UHGV virus genome: UHGV-0201879
Length of the DNA stretch: 64,000 nt
DNA from: a virus
Reading direction: 5' to 3' (one strand)
Part shown: piece after piece, positions 54,768 through 64,000 of the stretch
Position numbering within the stretch: position 1 is the stretch's first letter
Layout of the letters: each line of letters starts with the position of its first letter
Position numbers and translations under genes: made by a program
Notes under the pieces: generated by a model
What the model saw: only the letters and a program-made list of their open reading frames with translations
Database searches by the model: none
Told to the model about the DNA's origin: nothing

Positions 54768-55249
54768 TGGTCAAACGGGTTAAACACCCCGCTAGAGATA
54801 AATTAGTCGGAGCTATGAAGAACTTAAGAACCGCTAAAGCTCAAGTCGGGTATTTTCAAGAACAAGGTCGTCATAGCTCCGGTTTCTCTTACCCTGCTCT
54901 AATGTACTTACAAGAAGTTATTGGTGTACCATCAAGCTCTGGTAAAGTACATCGTAGGTTATTTGAAATCACTATGATGATGAATAATCGAAGAATCTTA
55001 GAGCAGACTAAGAGGAATCTAAAGAAGCAGTTAAACGGGTTAGAAAGTAATCCTACTAAAACCCTCGAAGTATTTGCAAAGAACACCCAAGCAGCAATTA
55101 AAAATGGCTTTGGTAACTCTGCAATCCTCCCTCCTAATGCTCCCTCAACAGTTAAGAAAAAAGGCTTTAATGCGCCTCTTATTGAAACAGGTGAATTAAG
55201 GGATGAACTGTCTTATAAGATTTCTACAAAGAAAGGTATTAAGAAATAA
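54767..55249 (+). CDS. neck/tail completion protein
   Basis: PPNAPSTV.KKG...PLI.TG.L motif. Confidence 0.8.
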   Translation: MVKRVKHPARDKLVGAMKNLRTAKAQVGYFQEQGRHSSGFSYPALMYLQEVIGVPSSSGKVHRRLFEITMMMNNRRILEQTKRNLKKQLNGLESNPTKTLEVFAKNTQAAIKNGFGNSAILPPNAPSTVKKKGFNAPLIETGELRDELSYKISTKKGIKK

Positions 55250-55650
55250 TGAGACTCTTAAACAGACACAGTTTCTTAGTAAAGAGAAAGGTTTCTGATA
55301 ATGGCTTTTATAACAGTGACGGTGATTGGGTATCCTCTGACAGCACTGTTGAAGTTACCTGCAAAGGTAATATCCAGCCATACGTCAAAGGTTCTGTGAA
55401 GAACGGTACACAGATTGCTTTACCTGAAGGTATCAGACTGACAGATACAAGAATCCTTTACACAGTCGCTAAATTAAGAACTTCGGATGATGTAGATTGG
55501 CAGGAATCAGACGTTGTGATGATTGATGGTCATGAGTACGAAGTGTTTATGTGCATGGATTGGTCTATGCAACTGGCACATACATCCCACTATGAATACA
55601 TCATTATTAGAAGGGATAAAATGAATGCTGTTAGACACACAAGAAATTGA
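55249..55650 (+). CDS. head closure protein
   Basis: G.IQP, LPEG.R; position. Confidence 0.75.
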   Translation: MRLLNRHSFLVKRKVSDNGFYNSDGDWVSSDSTVEVTCKGNIQPYVKGSVKNGTQIALPEGIRLTDTRILYTVAKLRTSDDVDWQESDVVMIDGHEYEVFMCMDWSMQLAHTSHYEYIIIRRDKMNAVRHTRN

Positions 55651-56224
55651 AAGAGGGGTTGTTAGACTACTCGTTGATGTTATTGGTCACAGACTTGCTC
55701 GTGACAAGAATAACAGGCCGAATGTTATCAGGTCATACCCTTCTGACAACTCAAATGATAAAGGCTTGAAACCAGACCAACCGTTTATCACAGTGTACTG
55801 TCAAAGTGCAGATACACCTTATGGGTGGCTACTGGATAAGTTTGTAGAGAACGATGTAGTTAACTACAAAATTGCCTTCCAAATTCCTGTACTGATTACA
55901 GTTAACGGGAAAGGCGCTCACAGTATTATGCTGGAGCTAAAACAAAGATTCGAATTAAGTTCGACAAGAGATATGTTGGTCAAGGAAACAGGTGCAACTT
56001 TATTAGACACCGGAGATATCCCAAATGACTACACATACCTTAATACAGATTTCGAAAATTCTGCACCTCTTGTTATTTCAGTCGTAAAAAACTCAATCCT
56101 GACAGATGAACACACAAGCATTATTGAAAATGTTATCGCTGATGGGGAGTTGGTTTATGAAAGAACACAAGAACCACCAGAATACACAATCCATCTAGAT
56201 GTAGACTCCAAAGGGGCAAATTAA
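55625..56224 (+). CDS. tail terminator/neck protein
   Basis: immediately upstream of sheath. Confidence 0.7.
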   Translation: MLLDTQEIERGVVRLLVDVIGHRLARDKNNRPNVIRSYPSDNSNDKGLKPDQPFITVYCQSADTPYGWLLDKFVENDVVNYKIAFQIPVLITVNGKGAHSIMLELKQRFELSSTRDMLVKETGATLLDTGDIPNDYTYLNTDFENSAPLVISVVKNSILTDEHTSIIENVIADGELVYERTQEPPEYTIHLDVDSKGAN

Positions 56225-57576
56225 TGTGGAATCCAATTGTTAATGTAGATATTACATTGAACACAGCAGGGACTTCAAGGGAAGGTTTTGGCCTACCACT
56301 CTTCTTAACGTCAACTGACAACTTTGAAGAAAGGGTGCGTGGTTATACTTCTCTGTCTGAACTTGCTGAAGATTTCGATGAAAATTCTGCGGCTTATAAG
56401 GCTGCACGTCAACTATGGAGCCAAACTCCAAAAGTGACACAACTGTACGTTGGTAGACGTGCTTTAAGATATACTGTTTCAATCCACGAGGCAGTTACCG
56501 AAGAAACTAGCTACTCGATTACTGTTGCCGTAAGTGGTGGTGTTTCACAAACTTATCAGTACTCTGCACAGACAGAGAACACAGCGGCTGACGTACTGAC
56601 TCAGCTACAGACTCAGATTGAAGCAGACCCACTCGTAAGAGATGCAGTCACTGTTTCAGTGTCTGGTGCAACTAGCTCTGCAACGTTGACAATCGCTGCA
56701 AAAGGTGACAACGACTTCGTTAAAGTCACTAACACTGACGGTAAGGTCACTATTGCGAAGACAGCAGCAGATACAGCAGCAACTGCACTGAAAGCAATTG
56801 AACTGTACAACAATGACTGGTACTTCCTTGCAGCAGAAGACAGAACTGAATTGTTCGTGACCTCTATGGCAGAAGAGATTCAGGCTCGTAAGAAGATGTT
56901 CTTCACAGCTTCAGCAGACAGCAGAACACTGGAAGGTACAGAGATTTCTTATGGTGGTGATGTAGCTGCACAACTTGCACAGGAGAAGATGACAAGAACT
57001 GTACTGTTGTGGCATCACGAAGCCGACAATGACTACCCAGAAATGGCTTACATCGCTTACGGTGCACCTTACAATGCTGGCTCTATTGCATGGGGTAACG
57101 CACAGCTAACTGGCGTAACTACTTCTCTACAACCAAGCACTAAGAAGTACCTGACAAGCACTCAGAAGTCGGCTCTAGAAGCTCGTAGCGTAAACTATGT
57201 AGACATTGATGGTGGCGTTCCTGTAGTCCGTAGAGGTATTACCTCTGGTGGGGAATGGATTGATATCATCCGTGGCGTTGACTGGTTAGCTTCAGATTTG
57301 AAAACATCTCTAAGAGACTTGCTAATCAATCAGAAGGGTGGTAAGATTTCGTATGATGATACTGGTATTACTCGTATTCGTCAAGTCATCGAAACCTCAC
57401 TTCAAAGAGCCGTAAACAGAAACTTCCTGTCATCTTACACAGTTAATGTTCCAAAGGCTTCTCAAGTTTCACTTGCTGACAAGAAAGCTCGTATCCTGCA
57501 AAACGTTACCTTCCAAGGTATTCTTGCTGGTGCGATTCTGGATGTTAATTTGCAAGGTACAGTGGCTTACGAATAA
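56224..57576 (+). CDS. tail sheath protein (DUF3383-like)
   Basis: GFG.PL, YKAA...SQ.P, GEWIDIIRGVDW, LAGAI. Confidence 0.92.
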   Translation: MWNPIVNVDITLNTAGTSREGFGLPLFLTSTDNFEERVRGYTSLSELAEDFDENSAAYKAARQLWSQTPKVTQLYVGRRALRYTVSIHEAVTEETSYSITVAVSGGVSQTYQYSAQTENTAADVLTQLQTQIEADPLVRDAVTVSVSGATSSATLTIAAKGDNDFVKVTNTDGKVTIAKTAADTAATALKAIELYNNDWYFLAAEDRTELFVTSMAEEIQARKKMFFTASADSRTLEGTEISYGGDVAAQLAQEKMTRTVLLWHHEADNDYPEMAYIAYGAPYNAGSIAWGNAQLTGVTTSLQPSTKKYLTSTQKSALEARSVNYVDIDGGVPVVRRGITSGGEWIDIIRGVDWLASDLKTSLRDLLINQKGGKISYDDTGITRIRQVIETSLQRAVNRNFLSSYTVNVPKASQVSLADKKARILQNVTFQGILAGAILDVNLQGTVAYE

Positions 57577-57588
57577 TAGGAGAAATAA

Positions 57589-58035
57589 ATGGCTATGTAT
57601 CAGCAATATTCCCCAAAAGACGTAGTTTGTAGCTGGAATGGTATTGCCATCGAAGGCTTTGCCCCAGATTCATTCTTACGTATTCAGAGAACTTCTGCCC
57701 TTATCACACCAGTTGTCGGTGCGGGTGGTCAAGTAGCTCTAACCAGAAACGCAGACAGAACAGGTACGATTGAGATTGAACTGATGCAGACTGCTCAGTC
57801 AAACTTACTACTTGCTGCAATTCAGGCTAAACAAGATGACATGGAACTTGAGGAAGATATTTCTTCAAACTTCGTAATCTATGACCCTTCAGGTTCGGTC
57901 TTAGCAACTGGTGTTAACGCATGGTTGCAAGAACTTCCACAAGTTGAGTTAGGTCGTGACCAAAACTCTAAGACGTGGATTTTCGGATGTGAACGTCTAG
58001 AATATACTTCAACGATTCCAGCATCAAGTATCTGA
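57589..58035 (+). CDS. tail tube protein
   Basis: Y.PKDV...I.GFA.D, G..G; follows sheath. Confidence 0.88.
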   Translation: MAMYQQYSPKDVVCSWNGIAIEGFAPDSFLRIQRTSALITPVVGAGGQVALTRNADRTGTIEIELMQTAQSNLLLAAIQAKQDDMELEEDISSNFVIYDPSGSVLATGVNAWLQELPQVELGRDQNSKTWIFGCERLEYTSTIPASSI

Positions 58036-58045
58036 TGAATCCTAC

Positions 58046-58079
58046 AAGGGGGAGACTTAAAAGGTCTTCCCCTTTTTTT
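58046..58079 (+). terminator. intrinsic terminator
   Basis: AAGGGGGAGAC..GTCTTCCCCTT + T run. Confidence 0.8.
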
Positions 58080-58102
58080 ATATTCGTATTAAGGAAAACA
58101 CA

Positions 58103-58504
58103 ATGTTAAAGACAGAATCAAGAGTAATCAACGGTAAGAATGTGAATATCGTCCTGCTTGGTGCAAGAGACGGTATCAAAATGTCTATGAAGTTAGGTAA
58201 GATTGTTGTTCCAACATTCGCACAGATGCTGACTGAAATGTCCAGTACACGTAAAGGGGAAGCCCCAACAGTGCCTTTCAAAGACCTTGCAGAGGCTTGC
58301 TTTGAAAAGATTGAAGAAATCGACATTGACGCAATTGCTATCAAACTGTTCCAAGGTGCTACAGTAGATGACTTCCCTCTGAACATTGACACATACTTCC
58401 AAGGTAACTACGGTGAGTTCGTAGACTTCCTGTCATTCGCCTTAGAAGCAAACTTTGCAAGTTTTTTCGAAGCAAGCATTTTCAAAAGCCTAACTTCTCA
58501 GTAA
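58103..58504 (+). CDS. tail assembly chaperone (gpG-like)
   Basis: between tube and tape measure; slippery T TTT TTC at 58462-58468. Confidence 0.85.
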   Translation: MLKTESRVINGKNVNIVLLGARDGIKMSMKLGKIVVPTFAQMLTEMSSTRKGEAPTVPFKDLAEACFEKIEEIDIDAIAIKLFQGATVDDFPLNIDTYFQGNYGEFVDFLSFALEANFASFFEASIFKSLTSQ

Positions 58505-58746
58505 ACGCAAGATATCTTGCACAGACACCAATGACTGATGCTGCTGTGCAGGAGACTTACGTTGAAGCAGATGAGATGCGATTTGTGCTTGCTATTTACA
58601 GTATGGAAGGGTGTAAAGAAACGCTCGACCAACTCTTCGAAATGAGTTTCACGGACCTACTGTCTCTAAGGGAATACTTAGAAATTCAAAGGTGCTATAA
58701 AGAGGAACTCACGTATAATGAACTCAGAAGAACAGGTAAAATTTAA
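58468..58746 (+). CDS. tail assembly chaperone -1 frameshift extension (gpT-like)
   Basis: -1 frame open from 58468 through ATG 58531 to stop 58746. Confidence 0.8.
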   Translation, partial: RSKHFQKPNFSVNARYLAQTPMTDAAVQETYVEADEMRFVLAIYSMEGCKETLDQLFEMSFTDLLSLREYLEIQRCYKEELTYNELRRTGKI

Positions 58747-60977
58747 TGGCAGACCATAAGGTAGACAGTTTTATTGTTGAACTTGGGTTTAGTGAAAAGG
58801 TTATTAAGGGTCTGGAAAGAGTTGAAAAGGCTGCTATGCAGTCTGCAACCAGAATCGAAAGAAGACTTAATAAATCCTTCGAAATTAAACCTAACAAGTC
58901 TCATCAAGAAGCTCTAAATAGAATCGTAAAGAATGCTCAATCTGCTTCAGGCAAAATCAATAAAGCACTTAATAGCTCCCTCAAGTTCGATTCACAAGGT
59001 GCAAAGTCTTTAAAGAGATTAGAAACTCAAGGAAAGAAGACTGCAAAGGAAATTAATAAAGCCTTACGAGAAGCCATGAAGGTTGACGGCAAAATTAGTA
59101 TCCGAGGTGGAAAGGGCAGAAAGGGTGCACCTGAACCAGAAGGCCTTGGCATCCCTAGACCAACAAGACCACAGAGACAAGATATTCTTCAAAGACAGAT
59201 GGAAAGGATGTTTAACAACAACATGTATTCCGGTCTGACAAGAAAACTTGAGACTATGGGTGGTCAAGGTAGGGGTATGGCTGACAACTTCAGAGGAAAC
59301 CTTCAAAACCTTTATAACAAGTACAAAGGTTCGGGTAAAGTTGGTGAATATGAGTTGGAAGTGAAGAAACTCATTGACACAACAAAAAGGTGGGTTATTG
59401 CTGAAAATGCTAGACTCAGAACAGTCAAAGAATCACAGTGGTTGCAAGAAAGAGCGAACGCATCACTGAAACAAATGGTTGGTGGCTTTGCTTCAGCCTA
59501 TGCAGCACTGGAACTTGCAAAAAGTTCTATCGAGGCAGGTATTAAAAGACAGTCTGTGCAGTTAGCCTCAACAGCTATCTTTGGTAGTGACACTCAACAG
59601 GCTCGTATGTTTGCTGCTACGTTCTCTCACCAAGTTGGTCAGAACTACTCAGACACCATGAAGCAGTATTCAGACTTCGCAGCGGGTGCTCAACCAGCTT
59701 TAGGCTTCCAAGGAACACAGGACTTCTATAAGAACGCTGCGATGTTCGCACGTATCAGGGGTGCTTCGGATGATGACCTGAAAGGTATCATGGTAGCTTT
59801 TCAACAGATGGCTTCCAAGGGTAAGGTTCAGGCAGAAGAACTTCGTGGTCAGTTAGGTGACAGACTTGCTGGTGCGGTACAGTTGTTCGGTGACGCTATC
59901 GGTAAGACACCTAAAGAACTGGATAAGCTGATGCAGGACGGTAAACTTCTGTCTAGTGAAGTTCTTCCTAAAGTCTCTGAGAAGATGGCTGAACTAGTTC
60001 AACAAGCAGGTGGTTTAGACGCTGTAGCAGGACAGACAGCAACATCAATGGGTCAGGCTAAGGCTCAGTGGGAAAACATGCTTGTAGCGCTGTTTAACAA
60101 CTCTAACGAGGGTATTACACAGCTATCAAGGTCTTCAGCGATGTTCTTACAAGGTTCAATGGGTACTGCTGAGATGCTTAGTAGCGCTTTCAATGAAATC
60201 TTGTTAGGTGCGAGTAACATGCTTGATACCGTAACGGATATCATGTACAGAATTTCTGGTACATACTACGGAATCTTAGCTTGGTACACAGACCTTGATA
60301 AGGGGCAACAAGACCTTATCAAACACAGTGCAGACTTCCTAGGTAACGTTGTTGCTATCGGTGGTGCAATTGCTGTCGTAACAAGGGCTGTTAAGTTTCT
60401 GGGTAGTATTGTCAGTGGAGGAATCTTCAGCAAACTGTTATCCAAAGCAGGTATCAAGGTTGGTGAGGTTGTAGCGGCTGGTGAGGAAGCAGCAACAGTA
60501 GCTGGAGTTAGTGCTCTAAGAATGGCAACTGGTGTCGCTGGTCTGTCTCTGGCAGCAACAAGGTCTTCTGACCCTAATGCACAGAAGAACTACAACCCTG
60601 TTACAGCAGATAATCCTTTCAAGGATGCAGTTGCAGATATCACCAATCCTCAACGTCCACTCTTCTTTGACCAGAACGGACAAGCACAGTTTGGTAAGTA
60701 CACACTGAATCAGGATGGTTCTGTCAACCTTGATAAAAGTGAATCAAACTGGGACATTCTTCTTGCTAAGTTCGGTGAGACTATCGAGGCATTCGGGAAC
60801 AAGGTTAACACAATGCCAATGATGATGACACCATCTGGTATGCCTATCCAGACCAAGCAAACCCTCAACGTCTCATTTAACCTAGATGGTAAGCAGATTG
60901 CTACGAAGATGGTAGATATCACTGATAAGAATCAGGAAGACATTTTACTAAACTCTAGCTACCCTGAAGATGAGTAA
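58746..60977 (+). CDS. tape measure protein
   Basis: 743 aa helical; QMASKGKVQAEELRGQLG tape-measure motif. Confidence 0.93.
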   Translation: MADHKVDSFIVELGFSEKVIKGLERVEKAAMQSATRIERRLNKSFEIKPNKSHQEALNRIVKNAQSASGKINKALNSSLKFDSQGAKSLKRLETQGKKTAKEINKALREAMKVDGKISIRGGKGRKGAPEPEGLGIPRPTRPQRQDILQRQMERMFNNNMYSGLTRKLETMGGQGRGMADNFRGNLQNLYNKYKGSGKVGEYELEVKKLIDTTKRWVIAENARLRTVKESQWLQERANASLKQMVGGFASAYAALELAKSSIEAGIKRQSVQLASTAIFGSDTQQARMFAATFSHQVGQNYSDTMKQYSDFAAGAQPALGFQGTQDFYKNAAMFARIRGASDDDLKGIMVAFQQMASKGKVQAEELRGQLGDRLAGAVQLFGDAIGKTPKELDKLMQDGKLLSSEVLPKVSEKMAELVQQAGGLDAVAGQTATSMGQAKAQWENMLVALFNNSNEGITQLSRSSAMFLQGSMGTAEMLSSAFNEILLGASNMLDTVTDIMYRISGTYYGILAWYTDLDKGQQDLIKHSADFLGNVVAIGGAIAVVTRAVKFLGSIVSGGIFSKLLSKAGIKVGEVVAAGEEAATVAGVSALRMATGVAGLSLAATRSSDPNAQKNYNPVTADNPFKDAVADITNPQRPLFFDQNGQAQFGKYTLNQDGSVNLDKSESNWDILLAKFGETIEAFGNKVNTMPMMMTPSGMPIQTKQTLNVSFNLDGKQIATKMVDITDKNQEDILLNSSYPEDE

Positions 60978-61022
60978 TTTAAAGCTGCGTAGGAAACTAC
61001 GCAGTTAACTACAGAGGTTTCA

Positions 61023-61784
61023 ATGTTTGACACAAGACAAATTAAATACTCTGGTAAGGACGGAATCTACTTCCATTTAAGGGAGAACGTAGATGCCTTC
61101 TTAACCTTGTCTGCAACCGAGCAGATGGACTATGACGCACCTATGATGGTGACAACGCAAGCTATGCAGTCTGGACAGACAGTAACTGACAACCTTCAAC
61201 GCTCTCCTAAAACGATTGCTATCTCTGGTGTCGTTGTTGTCGGCTATGAGGGGAGTTTATTACTTTCCAGACAAGGACAGCTTGTAGAGAACTTCATCAC
61301 TACTGTAGAGGGGTGGAGGGATAAGAAGCAGATTATCTCTATCATCTGTAAAGATGGTATTAAGATTGAAGATGCAGTAATCACCCAATTTAAAGCCTCG
61401 AAAGAGCACACAATCTCTAACGGACTTAAAGTTCAGATGGTCTTTCAGGAAGTTAACTTCAAAGCTGTAGTAGGTCAAACAGATATCTCAGCAGCAACTG
61501 GGAAGACAGCTACAACGAAAGACGGTGCAGCAACTTCACAGAAGAGTACAGGGAACACTACCACATCTCTGGGTAATGGGAAGATGAATTGCCAGCTACT
61601 TCATGACCTGAGAGCGAATGGGGTAAGAGCACTGACTTCAAGAGAACTGCAAGCACTTTCTGACTGTGACTTATCAGCAAGTACCAGAAAAGGTATTACC
61701 ACATTTGGTAAGGATGCTGAAAGACAAGCTGGAAAGGCACTGCAAAGAGCCTCGGTGAATCCAAATAAGAAGGGGACTTACTAA
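61023..61784 (+). CDS. baseplate/tail tube initiator protein
   Basis: follows TMP; VT....SG..VTD...P..I.ISG pattern. Confidence 0.7.
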   Translation: MFDTRQIKYSGKDGIYFHLRENVDAFLTLSATEQMDYDAPMMVTTQAMQSGQTVTDNLQRSPKTIAISGVVVVGYEGSLLLSRQGQLVENFITTVEGWRDKKQIISIICKDGIKIEDAVITQFKASKEHTISNGLKVQMVFQEVNFKAVVGQTDISAATGKTATTKDGAATSQKSTGNTTTSLGNGKMNCQLLHDLRANGVRALTSRELQALSDCDLSASTRKGITTFGKDAERQAGKALQRASVNPNKKGTY

Positions 61785-62125
61785 TGTCACAATATATTCC
61801 CGTTCCAGATACTGAGTGGTCAACTCAAACAGTTACTTTAGAAGGTACTGTGTTTATGCTTGAACTGAAGTTCAAAGAAAGGCTTGACAGATGGTTCTTG
61901 ACGCTATCAGACGTTGATGGTAATGTATTACTATCTGAAAAGAAATGCTTAGCTGACCAGTCTATCACAGGAAGATACGCAATTCCAACTCTGGAAGGTG
62001 AGATTTTTGTAGAAAAGATGTTTGGTACTGCTAAGCAACCCACCAGAAATGATTTCGGTAGAGGCAAAGCATTCGAGTTGAACTATTACACAACAGATGA
62101 TATGAAAATTCTGGAGAATTTATAA
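61784..62125 (+). CDS. baseplate protein
   Basis: 113 aa; position. Confidence 0.7.
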   Translation: MSQYIPVPDTEWSTQTVTLEGTVFMLELKFKERLDRWFLTLSDVDGNVLLSEKKCLADQSITGRYAIPTLEGEIFVEKMFGTAKQPTRNDFGRGKAFELNYYTTDDMKILENL

Positions 62126-63101
62126 TGGCTGTTAATGATAACACTGCTGATGCTTCTTTTAGGTGTTATCAATTGGCTGTAGGTAGCGAAACCACAGCCT
62201 TTGAGAATAGACCTACAAGACATGCAAAAGACTCCATGCAAATGGATTACTTCAACAACCTCCAATTCACCTGTGACGTTTCGTACACATCCCAGAAAAA
62301 TAAGGTTACTACGGATGATACCACATTCGAAATCTATAACCTGAATAAAGAAATGAGAGCAAAATTTAAAACTATTGGTGCAACAGTCATGTTAAGGGCT
62401 GGGTACACTACAGGTTTTAAAAGGGATGCAACAGGTGAAATTATCATTGAGTATGATAACCTTCCTCTTATTTACCTTGGAACTATTGAGTATGCTTACA
62501 CCTACAAAAGAGGTGTTGATATGATTACCAAGGTTATTTGCTCAAATGATAAGATGGAAAGAACAACAATTAAAACATCCATCTCATACAAGTCTGGGAC
62601 AACCAGAGCCAGCATCATTAAAGATTTAGTCTCTAAGATGGGTTTAACGCTCCTAGACGACGATTTGAAGAGCATTGAGCACCTCACCTATAGGAATGGC
62701 TACAGTGTTTGGGGGAGCGTCTCAGAAGCCCTTACAAGGGTTTGTGAAGAGAGTGGTTTGAGGTGGTACACGTTTAACAAGCAAGTTCGTATCGTCCCGT
62801 TTAATGCAAAGGCCAGAAAACTTTCATGGGAGATTTACCCACACAACGTAATTGACTCCTTGCAAGGATATTACAGAAGGACTCGAAAAGTTGTTAAGAA
62901 AGATAACTCTGTAAAAATCAAGATTAAGACTGGCGTGAGATGCAGAATCCACTTAGATGGAAGAATCAAGATGGGAGACTTTATCACCTTGCGTGAGAGT
63001 GAAGACTTTGAAGGTCAGTACAGAGTAAAAGGACTCGCCCACAGACTTGACTTCACAGGTGGTTCATGGGTTACAGAACTTGATTTAGAAAAGGTAGAAT
63101 A

Positions 63102-63102
<1 letters not shown>
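62125..63102 (+). CDS. baseplate hub protein
   Basis: IYNL, L.AGY; upstream of spike. Confidence 0.8.

Positions 63103-64000
<898 letters not shown>

Overview
This window is about three quarters of a lytic myovirus genome whose gene order matches Felix O1-like phages (Ounavirinae). 1-28.4 kb holds replication and nucleotide-metabolism genes (dNMP kinase, primase-helicase, SSB-like protein, exonuclease, nrdA/nrdB, glutaredoxin, a Prs-like + NAMPT-like NAD pair, rIIA/rIIB, an orphan N6-adenine MTase, SLT, spanins, macrodomain). 28.8-32.2 kb is an array of modular early promoter/RBS cassettes, followed by about 1.4 kb of repetitive non-coding DNA. A minus-strand block carries the endolysin and an Ig-repeat protein. 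Next come TerS, a TROVE/Ro60-like vWA protein, and a 26-member tRNA array interleaved with structured non-tRNA elements. The head/tail/baseplate operon runs off the right end. The two most striking signals lie in the tRNA array. (1) A separately promoted RNA (about 43926-44085) encodes an ssrA-type tag (ANDNVFLAVA*) with tmRNA-like helices and pseudoknots but no tRNA-like domain, and its 5' arm is antisense to the enterobacterial tmRNA resume region. (2) Three copies of a covarying stem/CAGCAA RNA motif lie just downstream of the Ro60-like gene and are candidate Y-RNA-like partners. All calls come from reading the sequence and from recalled family motifs; no searches were run.
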